Assembly (NCBI GenBank): GCA_947306305.1
Contig: CAMZGI010000001.1
Coordinates: 1,973 to 65,972, forward strand
From: an uncultured Fibrobacter sp.
Lineage (GTDB): Bacteria > Fibrobacterota > Fibrobacteria > Fibrobacterales > Fibrobacteraceae
Direction: 5' to 3'
Length of the DNA stretch: 64,000 bases
The notes under the pieces are model-generated. The model saw nothing but the letters and a program-made list of their open reading frames with translations, was not told the origin of the DNA and searched no databases. This document shows, one piece after another, positions 8,849-18,115 of the stretch. The translations under genes were made by a program, and so were the position numbers. Positions within the stretch are counted from its first letter, which is position 1. The number at the start of each line of letters is the position of its first letter.

Positions 8849-11214
8849 CGGCGGCGGCGGAGCTTAAACCCGGAATGGATATGGAGCCGAAAGCCTTTCT
8901 CAAAGAGGTTGAACGGACGGGGACTCCTACGCCCATTTCGGCCTATAAGCTCCGTATGCACGTCCGGGCGGCGCGTGAGAAGATTTCGGTTGTCAGCGGA
9001 AAGCTCAACCTTCCCCGCTATGCCGCTTGGCTTGTCGGGGAGTATGTGAGGCAGGACAAGAAGGCCGCGAACTACGAACGGCTCAAAGTGCTTGTCAAGG
9101 CGAAGGCCGCCGCCGAAGCCCGCGCCGCGTCGGAGATCGGCGAACTTCCCGAAGTCGTCAATCCCGAACGGAAAGAGAGATGCCGAAACGATTTTGGGCT
9201 GTTCTGCAAGGAATATTTCCCCTACGTTTTTGTCCTTCCCTGGTCGGACGATCACCTGAAAGCGATTAAGAAGATTCAGGAGGCCGTTCTTTTCGGCCTG
9301 CTTTTTGCGCTTGCGATGCCTCGCGGGAGCGGCAAGTCGTCCTTAACGAAAGTCGGATTGCTGTGGGCGGCCCTTTACGGTCATTGTCTGTTTTCGGTCT
9401 ATATCGCCGGGTCGAGCGAAAAGGCGCGGGACGGGCTTGAAGATATTAAGACGTGGATTGAAACGAACCCGCTTCTCGCCGAAGATTTCCCCGAAGTCTG
9501 TTATCCCGTTAAGAAGCTCGAACGGATAGCGACGCGGCAGAGGTCGCAGCGGTATAACGGCGAATTTACGCGGATTGACTGGACGAGCGATCATCTTGTG
9601 TTTCCGACGATTGCGGGGAGCGTGTGTTCGGGGTGCGTGATTTCCTCTTCCGGGATGAAGGGGAGCGAGATTCGGGGTCAGCAGATTTCGACCCCGGACG
9701 GGCGCGTTATGCGCCCTTCCCTGGCTCTGGTGGACGATCCGCAGACGACCGATTCGGCGTGGTCGAACTCCCAATGCGAGCGGCGGTTTCAGGTCATTAC
9801 GGGGGACATCCTCGGTATGGCGGGGCCGGGAAAGAAGATTGCCGGCCTGATAACGTGTACGGTTATCCGCGCCGGCGATTTGGCGGATATGATTCTCGAC
9901 CGCGAGAAAAACCCCGACTGGAAGGGGGAGCGGTTCAAGATGATGTATTCATTCCCGCGCAACGAGAAGCTGTGGGACGAATACAACCGGATTCGCGTCG
10001 CCGATTTGCGGAACGACGGAACGGGGAAAGCCGCGACCGACTTCTATATCGAACACCGGGAAGAGATGGATTTGGGGGCGCGTCCCGCCTGGGAGCAGCG
10101 TTACAACTTCGACGAGGTTTCGGCGGTTCAGCACGCGATGAATTTGAAGTTTCGCAACGAGGCCGCCTTTTTTGCGGAATACCAGAACGAGCCGCTCCGC
10201 CAGGAGTCGGAGAACGAGTGCCTCACCGAGTCGGAGATAATGGAGAAGGTAAACGGGACGCCGCATAAGAGAGTTCCCGAACACGTCCAACATCTGACCT
10301 GTTTTATCGACGTTCAGAAAGACGTTCTCTTCTGGATGGTCTGCGCCTGGGAGAGCAACTTCACGGGCTACATTATCGACTACGGAGCCTATCCCGATCA
10401 GAAACGGACGCGGTTCACGCTGCGGAGCCTGTCGATGCCGCTGTCGAAGAAATATCCCGGCAAGGGGCTGGAAGGGTGGCTCTATGCGGGACTGCAAGAC
10501 CTGACGGAAGATATACTCACGCGGGTCTATCACGGCGTTATCAAGGGCGCGGAATACAAGGTTTCGCAACTGATGATCGACGCGAACTGGGGCGACTCGA
10601 CCGACGTGATCTATCAGTTTTGCAGGCAGAGCCGGTTTTCTCAGCTTATCCTTCCGTCGCACGGGAAATATATCGGCGCGTCGTCGATACCGTTTTCGGA
10701 ATACAGGAAAGCGAAAGGGGACGTGTTCGGGTTTCACTATCTGATACCGAGCCTGAAAGGGAAACGGGCGATACGGCACGTTCTGGTTGACACGAATTAC
10801 TGGAAGAGCTTTGTGCAGGCGCGTCTTGCCACGCCGATGGGGGACAAGGGATGCCTTTCGCTCTACGGTCACGAACCGACAGCCCACATTATGCTTGCCG
10901 AACAGCTTTCGGCGGAGTATTTCGTGCCGGTTACGGCGAAAGAGCGCGTCGTCAATGAATGGAAGCTGAAACCGGGAGCCTACGACAACCATTGGCTCGA
11001 TTGCCTGGTGGGCTGTGCGGTTGGCGCGAGTATGCTTGGCGCGAGCCTGAAAACCGTCGCCGATCCGAGGGCGTTCAGTTCGTCGGTTCAGGCGGTGAGT
11101 TTTTCGGAAATGCAGAAAGCAAGGCGCGAGGCGAAACAGAACGAGGAAGCAAGGGACGACAGGCCGGTGAGTTTTTCATCGTTGCAGAAGAGGAACGGGA
11201 GAAGCGATGGATAA
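8845..11214 (+). CDS. Terminase large subunit (GpA-like)
   Basis: Walker A MPRGSGKS, Walker B LVDDPQ, nuclease FIDVQ, MIDANWG, DNHWLDC; precedes portal. Confidence 0.92.
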   Translation: MTAAAELKPGMDMEPKAFLKEVERTGTPTPISAYKLRMHVRAAREKISVVSGKLNLPRYAAWLVGEYVRQDKKAANYERLKVLVKAKAAAEARAASEIGELPEVVNPERKERCRNDFGLFCKEYFPYVFVLPWSDDHLKAIKKIQEAVLFGLLFALAMPRGSGKSSLTKVGLLWAALYGHCLFSVYIAGSSEKARDGLEDIKTWIETNPLLAEDFPEVCYPVKKLERIATRQRSQRYNGEFTRIDWTSDHLVFPTIAGSVCSGCVISSSGMKGSEIRGQQISTPDGRVMRPSLALVDDPQTTDSAWSNSQCERRFQVITGDILGMAGPGKKIAGLITCTVIRAGDLADMILDREKNPDWKGERFKMMYSFPRNEKLWDEYNRIRVADLRNDGTGKAATDFYIEHREEMDLGARPAWEQRYNFDEVSAVQHAMNLKFRNEAAFFAEYQNEPLRQESENECLTESEIMEKVNGTPHKRVPEHVQHLTCFIDVQKDVLFWMVCAWESNFTGYIIDYGAYPDQKRTRFTLRSLSMPLSKKYPGKGLEGWLYAGLQDLTEDILTRVYHGVIKGAEYKVSQLMIDANWGDSTDVIYQFCRQSRFSQLILPSHGKYIGASSIPFSEYRKAKGDVFGFHYLIPSLKGKRAIRHVLVDTNYWKSFVQARLATPMGDKGCLSLYGHEPTAHIMLAEQLSAEYFVPVTAKERVVNEWKLKPGAYDNHWLDCLVGCAVGASMLGASLKTVADPRAFSSSVQAVSFSEMQKARREAKQNEEARDDRPVSFSSLQKRNGRSDG

Positions 11215-11407
11215 TGATATTCTGGAAATTATTAAAAATGTTCTGGCGAATCCGAAGAGGGTTAAAGGCGATGAGGGGGAAGTCGAAACGCACTCGATAA
11301 ACGACCTCCTGAAAGCCGCCGAATACCTGCGGAAACAGGAGCAGGCCGACGAGAAGGGCCTGGGAGTCACGTTCAAAAAGCTCAGACCTGACGGGAGTAT
11401 TGACTGA
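11207..11407 (+). CDS. gpW-like head-tail joining protein
   Basis: 66 aa between TerL and lambda-type portal; PKRVKGDEGEVETHSINDL. Confidence 0.6.
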   Translation: MDNDILEIIKNVLANPKRVKGDEGEVETHSINDLLKAAEYLRKQEQADEKGLGVTFKKLRPDGSID

Positions 11408-12870
11408 TGTTTGTTCTTAACGGCGACGCCGGTGACTTGAATGTAAGTGTCGGGCGGGCAGTTGCGGTTCCGCCCTCTGGCCGCGCTGTTCGTCCGGCAC
11501 GTTTTTCCGAAAACGCCGGTATCGTCCGGGCGCGGTACGACTCGGCGATGACGACCCCGGAAAACGCGAGACATTGGAGGCTGACGGATCCGTTTTCGGC
11601 TGACGCGGCGGCGAATCCCGCCGTGAGAAAGATACTCCGCGAGCGGGCGCGTTATGAGATTGCCAATAATACCTACGCGAAGGGGCTGGTGCTGACCTAC
11701 GCCTCGGACACTATCGGCACGGGGCCGCGCTTGCAGCTTTTCGGCGCACCCTCGGAGAAGTGGGAGAACCGCCTGGAAAGCGCGTTCGGCGATTGGGCGG
11801 AAGAGACCGGGCTTGTCGAAAAGCTCACGACGATGGCGCAGGCGAAAGTGGGGGACGGCGAGGCTTTCGGGCTTCTCGTGCTCAATCCCGACCTGGCGGG
11901 GCCGGTGAAGTTCGAGCTTGTGCCGGTCGAGTGCGACCGGGTATGCGCCAGCTATGAAATGTTGCCAAGTCCGAACAATGTGGACGGGGTTATAATCGAC
12001 TCTGTGGGCAATCCGGTCTCATACGAGTGTATGAACGAACACCCAGGAAGTCAGAATTGCGCTTCAGCCGCTCCGGTATGGGATCGGGTTTCGGCACGCT
12101 GGATGGTGCATTGGTTCCGCAAAGACCGTCCCGAACAGCATCGGGGCGTATCGGAAATATCCTCCGCGCTTCCGCTTTTCGCTCAGCTTCGGCGTTACAC
12201 CCTTGCGACGATTGCGGCGGCGGAAACGGCGGCTGATTACGCGGCGATCCTTTACACCGACAATCCCGCGACGCAAACGGCGGTTAAAGCCGTCCCGTTC
12301 GATATGGTTGATATTACCAAACGGACGATGACGGTTCTGCCGGACGGGTGGAAGATGGGGCAGTTCAACCCGGAACAGCCCGTAACGACCTACGCGGAGT
12401 TCAAGCGGGAGGTTTTGGGCGAGATTGCGCGGTGTCTGCAAGTTCCGGTCAACGTCATTTCGGGCGATTCGTCCCGGCATAACTACGCTTCCGGGCGGCT
12501 CGATCACCAGACGTATCACCGGGCGATACGGATTAACCAACAATCCTGCTCGCGGGCGATACTCAACCGGGTATTCACGGAATGGCTGGCGGAGTATTCC
12601 CTGGCAAACGGATTCTCGCCCGGCAAGTTCGCCGATGTGAGGCCGTGCTGGATGTACGACGGATTTGAACACGTCGACCCGAAAAAAGAGGCCGACGCCC
12701 AGGCGGTCAGGCTTGCGAATATGTCGACGAGCTACGCCGCCGAATACGCGAAACAGGGACGAGATTGGGAAGTCGAGTTCCGGCAGATCGCAAAGGAAAG
12801 GGAATTGATGGACGAGCTTGGGCTTGCGCCCGCAGACGTTCAGACAAGCGGAGATACAGAAGATGAGTGA
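11407..12870 (+). CDS. Portal protein, lambda family
   Basis: LRERARYEIANN, DGEAF, RPEQHRGVS, GDSSRHNYASGR, HVDPKKEA. Confidence 0.93.
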   Translation: MFVLNGDAGDLNVSVGRAVAVPPSGRAVRPARFSENAGIVRARYDSAMTTPENARHWRLTDPFSADAAANPAVRKILRERARYEIANNTYAKGLVLTYASDTIGTGPRLQLFGAPSEKWENRLESAFGDWAEETGLVEKLTTMAQAKVGDGEAFGLLVLNPDLAGPVKFELVPVECDRVCASYEMLPSPNNVDGVIIDSVGNPVSYECMNEHPGSQNCASAAPVWDRVSARWMVHWFRKDRPEQHRGVSEISSALPLFAQLRRYTLATIAAAETAADYAAILYTDNPATQTAVKAVPFDMVDITKRTMTVLPDGWKMGQFNPEQPVTTYAEFKREVLGEIARCLQVPVNVISGDSSRHNYASGRLDHQTYHRAIRINQQSCSRAILNRVFTEWLAEYSLANGFSPGKFADVRPCWMYDGFEHVDPKKEADAQAVRLANMSTSYAAEYAKQGRDWEVEFRQIAKERELMDELGLAPADVQTSGDTEDE

Positions 12871-14824
12871 CGAATTGTTTTTTGACGGCAAGGTGGACTT
12901 GGTGGAGTTTTCCGGCGAGTCCGGCACCGAAAACAAAGTCCCGACTTTCACGATGACCGCATATACCGGAATTCCGATTCATCAGAGGAATTTTTCCAAT
13001 CCGGTAGTGGTTGACCTGGCGGGTATGGAAATCACGCAGCGGATTCCTATTCGCCTCGACCATAACCCGGAACAGAGGATCGGTCATACGACAGAGGTTA
13101 TCGTCGCAGACGGGCATTTGATAGCCAACGGGCTTATCTCGCACGACAACGAGTTTTCACGGACGGTTGCGAGTTCGGGTAAACTTGGGTTTCCGTGGCA
13201 GGCGTCCATCGGGGCGTATGTCACGCAGAAGGAGTATATCCCCGAAGGAAAGACGGTTGAGGTGAACGGCGCGGTTTTTGAGGGGCCGCTGACCGTTGCC
13301 CGGAAAAGTAACTTGAAGGAGATCAGTTTCGTGGACTACGGGGCTGATCCGAACACCGCCGCGATTGTGGCGAAGGAGACCAATGAGATGGATGATAACA
13401 CCAAAGTTATCGAGCCGGAGACGGTTGACACGGCGGTAACGCCCGTTCAGGCAGCCGAACCGGCTGAACCGGTGCAGGCCGCCGATCCCGCACCGGCTAT
13501 CGACATTCAGGCGCAGCGGGAAGAGTATGCCCGCGAGCTTGAACGTATCGGCAAAATCCGCTCCGTTGCGATGCCGGGGACTGACGAGCTTCAGGCCCAG
13601 GCCGTGCGCGAAGGGTGGACGCCGGAAAAATTTGAACTGACGATGCTCAAAGCGGTTAAGCCCCAGGCTGCTCCCGCTCCGGCGATTCACGCCAAAGAGG
13701 ATCGTGAGTTTAACCAGCGCACCGGCGAGATTATCGCCCTGCGCTCCTGCGGGCTTTTCTCGACGAAAGACGAGAAGAAGTATTCCGACCAGGAATTGAC
13801 CGCCGCCGACGATCACGCCCGGTGCGGCCTGCGCGAGTATTTTGAACTCTGCGCGGGAATGGGCCGTCATCAGCACCTTCCGAACGCACGGCAGGACACC
13901 CGCGAATGGCTCCACGCGGCGTTTGACGCGACTTCCCTTCCGGGGATTCTGTCGAACAACGCGAACAAGGTTCTTCTGCAGGGGTATGAAGCCGTTGACG
14001 ACTGCTGGCGCGAGTGCTTCAAGGTCGGCGCGGTTTCCGATTTCAAGGTTCATACCCGGTATCGGATGAACTCCGACTTTGTGTTTGAGAAGGTTCCGCG
14101 AGGCGGCGAGCTTAAACACGGGAAGGTTTCGGAAGAGTCCTACACCCAGAAGATCGACACCTACGGGATTATGTTCAGCCTCACCCGTCAGATGATTATT
14201 GACGACGACCTCGGTGCGCTGTTCGATATTCCGTTCCAGATCGGTCTCGGCGCGGGACAGGCGATTTCGGACGCGATTTGGGGGCTGGTTCTCGATCCGG
14301 CCCTCACCGGCAACGGCAAGTTTTTCAGCCCTGGGAACGGCTCGTATCTTGCGAACAATCCGCTTTCGATCAACGGGCTTACCGCCGCCGAAGTCGTGTT
14401 CCGCAAAAAGACCGGCCCGAACGGACGGCCCATTGTTGCGCGTCCTGAAATTCTGCTCGTTCCGCCTGAGCTTCTGACCCAGGCCGAGCTTCTGATGACC
14501 GCCACGATGGTGAACGAAGTCACCCCGTCGAATAAACCCTCCCCGAACAAGAACCCGCATCAGGGGAAATACAAGGTCTGCTGCTCGCCGTATCTGTCGA
14601 GTTCGGCTCTTACGGGCAGTTCGACGACCGCGTATTACCTGATTGCGAACCCCGTCCGTATTCCGTCGTTCGAGATTGCGTTCCTGGGCGGTATCGACCG
14701 TCCGACCGTCGAACGTGCGGAAGCCGACTTCAACACCCTCGGCGTTCAGTTCCGGGGCTATCTCGACTTCGGCGTGAAGGAACAGGATTATCGCGGCATC
14801 CTCAAAGTTGCGGGTGACGCCTGA
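12863..14824 (+). CDS. Fused prohead protease + major capsid protein
   Basis: N-terminal LDHN...IGH, WQASIG, EISFV.GAD protease motifs; AP-rich linker; C-terminal capsid (FSLTRQMIIDDDLGA, YLDFGV...DYRG). Confidence 0.88.
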   Translation: MSDELFFDGKVDLVEFSGESGTENKVPTFTMTAYTGIPIHQRNFSNPVVVDLAGMEITQRIPIRLDHNPEQRIGHTTEVIVADGHLIANGLISHDNEFSRTVASSGKLGFPWQASIGAYVTQKEYIPEGKTVEVNGAVFEGPLTVARKSNLKEISFVDYGADPNTAAIVAKETNEMDDNTKVIEPETVDTAVTPVQAAEPAEPVQAADPAPAIDIQAQREEYARELERIGKIRSVAMPGTDELQAQAVREGWTPEKFELTMLKAVKPQAAPAPAIHAKEDREFNQRTGEIIALRSCGLFSTKDEKKYSDQELTAADDHARCGLREYFELCAGMGRHQHLPNARQDTREWLHAAFDATSLPGILSNNANKVLLQGYEAVDDCWRECFKVGAVSDFKVHTRYRMNSDFVFEKVPRGGELKHGKVSEESYTQKIDTYGIMFSLTRQMIIDDDLGALFDIPFQIGLGAGQAISDAIWGLVLDPALTGNGKFFSPGNGSYLANNPLSINGLTAAEVVFRKKTGPNGRPIVARPEILLVPPELLTQAELLMTATMVNEVTPSNKPSPNKNPHQGKYKVCCSPYLSSSALTGSSTTAYYLIANPVRIPSFEIAFLGGIDRPTVERAEADFNTLGVQFRGYLDFGVKEQDYRGILKVAGDA

Positions 14825-14843
14825 TAGGAAAGGAGCATAAAGA

Positions 14844-15209
14844 ATGGCTAGGTTGATTCAGAAAGGCGACATTCTCGACTGGACGAACGGGGACACGTCT
14901 ACCGTGGCCGCCGGAACTGTCGTTGTCGCCGGAACTTTTGTCGGCGTCGCGCAGAACGATATTCCCGCTGGTGAACTCGGCGCGATTGCCATTACAGACG
15001 TTTGGGAAATCCCGGTCAATACCGGCGTTACCTTTACCCAGGGCGCACCCGTCTACTGGAATAAGGGGGCCGGATATGCTGTCGCCGAAGGCGGTTCCGG
15101 CACCTTTTACGCCGGACGCGCCGCTTATGCGGCTGGCGAAGGGTCAACGACCGTGAAAGTCCGTCTCGAACCTGGCGGCGACGCCGGTTATGCGAACGCC
15201 ACGGGCTGA
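14844..15209 (+). CDS. DUF2190-like capsid cement/decoration protein
   Basis: QKGD..D, GVAQNDIPAGELG, GAPVYW, VKVRL; follows capsid gene. Confidence 0.8.
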   Translation: MARLIQKGDILDWTNGDTSTVAAGTVVVAGTFVGVAQNDIPAGELGAIAITDVWEIPVNTGVTFTQGAPVYWNKGAGYAVAEGGSGTFYAGRAAYAAGEGSTTVKVRLEPGGDAGYANATG

Positions 15210-15226
15210 TAGAGGAGTTGGGCTGT

Positions 15227-15598
15227 ATGAATCTGATGGAGTCCGGGCTTCGATGGCTGACGTTAAAACGGATCGAGACAAGCTCCGTTGAGGCTGTCTA
15301 CCGGAACGAGTCCGGGCAATATCAGATTCGAGCCGTCCCCTGCAAGACGGATCGTGTCGCAAGCAACGACGAGCTTGACCTGACCGTTGAGGACGGGTCG
15401 CTCGACTTCATCGTGCCTGCGGAGGATTTGCCGGTCGATCCTGTGGCCGGAGACCGCATCACGGCGAGAGGGAAAGTTTACGAAGTGAACAATTTTTCGA
15501 GCCGTTACTACGCCGGTATTGTGGCGTGGAGATGGTGCGAGGGATGTTACGAAGTGGCGAGAAGGATTCACGTTAAATTCGTGGGTGACGCGGAATGA
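15227..15598 (+). CDS. Head-tail joining protein
   Basis: DFIV...L..P..GDRI motif; position. Confidence 0.65.
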   Translation: MNLMESGLRWLTLKRIETSSVEAVYRNESGQYQIRAVPCKTDRVASNDELDLTVEDGSLDFIVPAEDLPVDPVAGDRITARGKVYEVNNFSSRYYAGIVAWRWCEGCYEVARRIHVKFVGDAE

Positions 15599-16041
15599 GC
15601 GTAGCGGTTGATATTGCCAAAGACCTGGTAAACGCGCTGGCGGCGAAAAACGATTTTTCGATGCCGTTCGTCCCGGTTTTTGAGCCTGTTCCGCGCACCG
15701 ACATCCAGAACGTGAGGAGCCTGGAGGTTTTCGTGACGCCCGACTCTGTGGCCCGCGTTCGTGCGAGCCGCGATATGTGGGAATGGAACGTAACCGTCCA
15801 GGTAGGGATAGTAAAGCATATCGACAAGCTGAACCGCGTCGCTGAAATCGACGCGATGACGACGCTTGCCGATGAAATCGCTGTTTTTGTGGCCGACGCG
15901 CCTCTGCCGAACGTGCGGGGGGCGATACCCGTCAGCTTTCAAAACGCGCCGCTTTACTACTTTGAGCATATCAACCAGTTTTCCGCGTTTACCTGCGTGT
16001 TGAGCGTGGTGTATAAGTTGGGAGTCCGGCGAAGTGCTTAA
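15595..16041 (+). CDS. Tail terminator/completion protein
   Basis: Position and size; FTCVLSVVYK end. Confidence 0.55.
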   Translation: MSVAVDIAKDLVNALAAKNDFSMPFVPVFEPVPRTDIQNVRSLEVFVTPDSVARVRASRDMWEWNVTVQVGIVKHIDKLNRVAEIDAMTTLADEIAVFVADAPLPNVRGAIPVSFQNAPLYYFEHINQFSAFTCVLSVVYKLGVRRSA

Positions 16042-16810
16042 TCCTGTATTCAATAAGCTGAGAGCGAAGGGGCTTCCGCCTGTTACGAATCTGCCCGATC
16101 TGAATTTTTCGGTCGGGTTTGTCGTTAAGGATTGGTTTTTTAACAGCGACAATGTTAAGAAGCGAGTCCGTGACATTGACCGGATCGTGCTGGCGAAATT
16201 CGGCGGATATACGCGGAAAGTGGCGCGGCGTTCAATGAAGAACGTACCGCCCACCCGGAGAGCGAATTACAAGAATTACGCCTCCGCTCCTGGCCGCCCC
16301 CCTCACGCTCACGCGCTGGAAGGTTCCGGCTCCGGCGGCCTGAAATACGGGCCGTCAAATATCGTTTTCGGATTTGATCCGAGCCGCAACTCCGTCGTTA
16401 TCGGCCCCCGAAAAATGCCGGGACGGAGCGATTACGTTCCGTTCAAGCTTGAATACGGCTCCCATCTGACGAATGTTCCGAATCCCAGGCGGAGAGACCG
16501 GAAGATCGGCGATACGGGAGCGATCCGCTACGGCGATCCCAGGCCGGGAACCGAAGGGAAACGCGGCCTGAAAAAAGTCCGTGCCGTGAACGGGCATTAC
16601 TATGATGTCGTTTTTGCGCGGATCAGAACGCCCGAACAGCTGCGGCGCGTCGAGGCGAACGAAACCTTTTTGTGGGGGCCGAAGTTTATCGGTTCGGTCA
16701 CTCTGGCTGAACGTCCGTATATGCGTCCCGCTTTCTGGATTGCGCGGGGTCAGCTTGCGCGGTTTTGGGAGCAGGCGCAAAAACAGAAGGTTTACTTTAC
16801 CGGGGGCTAG
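16034..16810 (+). CDS. HK97 gp10-like neck/tail completion protein
   Basis: SAPGRPP, LEYG, RPYMRPA motifs. Confidence 0.7.
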   Translation: MLNPVFNKLRAKGLPPVTNLPDLNFSVGFVVKDWFFNSDNVKKRVRDIDRIVLAKFGGYTRKVARRSMKNVPPTRRANYKNYASAPGRPPHAHALEGSGSGGLKYGPSNIVFGFDPSRNSVVIGPRKMPGRSDYVPFKLEYGSHLTNVPNPRRRDRKIGDTGAIRYGDPRPGTEGKRGLKKVRAVNGHYYDVVFARIRTPEQLRRVEANETFLWGPKFIGSVTLAERPYMRPAFWIARGQLARFWEQAQKQKVYFTGG

Positions 16811-16839
16811 TCCCCCTCTAAACTGAAAGGAATATTGCT

Positions 16840-17334
16840 ATGGCAATTATTGAAGGTGTTTATCTTGGTATGAACGCCAAGCTGTATGTCGAAGGGAAGG
16901 AGTTTCAGAACGTCAAGGACGTTACCCTGAACTTCTCCCGCGCAACGGCTGACGTGACGACCCGGCGCAACGACGGATGGCGTGCCAACGTCGGGACGCT
17001 GCGCGAGGCGACCGCCTCGTTTCAGATGATTAAATTCAAGGGCGATACCGACGCCGGTATCATTCTTGACAACTTCCTGAACGCTTCGGGCGACCTTATC
17101 GGCGCGGCTTTCCTGGACGCTTCCAAAGCGGATGGCGGCGAGGGGATCGTCGGCGAATGGTCGGTTACTTCCTGCAACCGCGGCGAAGCTCTGGAAGATG
17201 CGATTACCTATGACGTTGAATTGAGCCTGACTCAATCCTACGGATGGTACCCGGACAAGACTTCAGAAGGTTCGAGCGAACAGTCTCGGATTAGCCAAAT
17301 TCTCGGTTCGTCCGGCAGCGGTTCCGGCACCTGA
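16840..17334 (+). CDS. Major tail tube protein
   Basis: VKDVTLN..ADVTTR..GW, EALEDAITYDVEL. Confidence 0.75.
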   Translation: MAIIEGVYLGMNAKLYVEGKEFQNVKDVTLNFSRATADVTTRRNDGWRANVGTLREATASFQMIKFKGDTDAGIILDNFLNASGDLIGAAFLDASKADGGEGIVGEWSVTSCNRGEALEDAITYDVELSLTQSYGWYPDKTSEGSSEQSRISQILGSSGSGSGT

Positions 17335-17369
17335 TGATCTAAAATCCTGGAAAAGAAAGAGGGCTAGAT

Positions 17370-17852
17370 ATGGGATTTTATGTTGACAAGAAAGACCGTA
17401 AATGGACGTTCACGCTCAATTATGGTCTCATTCTCTATCTCAAAGACTCGATGAATATTGACCTGCTGGAACCGTACACCAACGGGAATACGACCTTGCA
17501 GGACATTATTCAGAACCGCTACAAAATGCTTGAAGTGCTGTATCAGATCGTGAAATACAGCAACAAGCAGGCGAGCGAAAATGAGATTTGGGAGTCGTTT
17601 TCCGGCGATGCGATTATCGCCGCGCAGGAGGCGTTTTTTACGGATTGGGTAAATTTTTCCCGCGAGAGCGGACGACCGGACACGGCCGCCGCCATTCAAA
17701 AAGCGCAGGAACTGATCCAAGCCGGAATAAGGGCGGCGGAGGCGGAGATAAACGCACTCGACTCGAAAGGGGCTATCGAGAGGATTTCCCGCAGCGTTCG
17801 GAGCGAATTGGCGACGCTCACGACCTCATCTGGCGGCTCGCAGGAAGGTTAG
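17370..17852 (+). CDS. Tail assembly chaperone (G-like)
   Basis: Between tail tube and tape measure. Confidence 0.7.
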   Translation: MGFYVDKKDRKWTFTLNYGLILYLKDSMNIDLLEPYTNGNTTLQDIIQNRYKMLEVLYQIVKYSNKQASENEIWESFSGDAIIAAQEAFFTDWVNFSRESGRPDTAAAIQKAQELIQAGIRAAEAEINALDSKGAIERISRSVRSELATLTTSSGGSQEG

Positions 17853-18115
17853 GCGTCTCCCCCTTCCCGTTCACGATGCGGCAGTTGGTGACGATGGCGG
17901 AAGCCCAGAGGGAGAGAGATTGGGAAACCATATCCAACCTTATGGCTCTAATCGCAAACGTCAACAATACGCGGAAGGGAAAAACATATACAGCCGCGCA
18001 GTTCAATCCCGTCGCAAAACAGGACGAGAAACGCAGAAGGGTCTTGCCGTATTCACGCGAGTCGCTTGATATGGCAAAGGCCCTTTTCAGTTCAAAGGGG
18101 CAGAAAAGCAAATGA
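17822..18115 (+). CDS. Tail assembly chaperone extension (T-like), -1 frame overlap
   Basis: WRLAGRLGVSP..FTMRQL..MAE, AQFNP; overlaps the 3' end of the chaperone in the -1 frame. Confidence 0.6.
   Translation, partial: DLIWRLAGRLGVSPFPFTMRQLVTMAEAQRERDWETISNLMALIANVNNTRKGKTYTAAQFNPVAKQDEKRRRVLPYSRESLDMAKALFSSKGQKSK

Noticed and set aside
9949-14560. Long antisense ORFs (9949-10992, 12064-12951, 13157-14560)
   Set aside because: Shadow frames of GC-rich terminase, portal and capsid genes with no motifs
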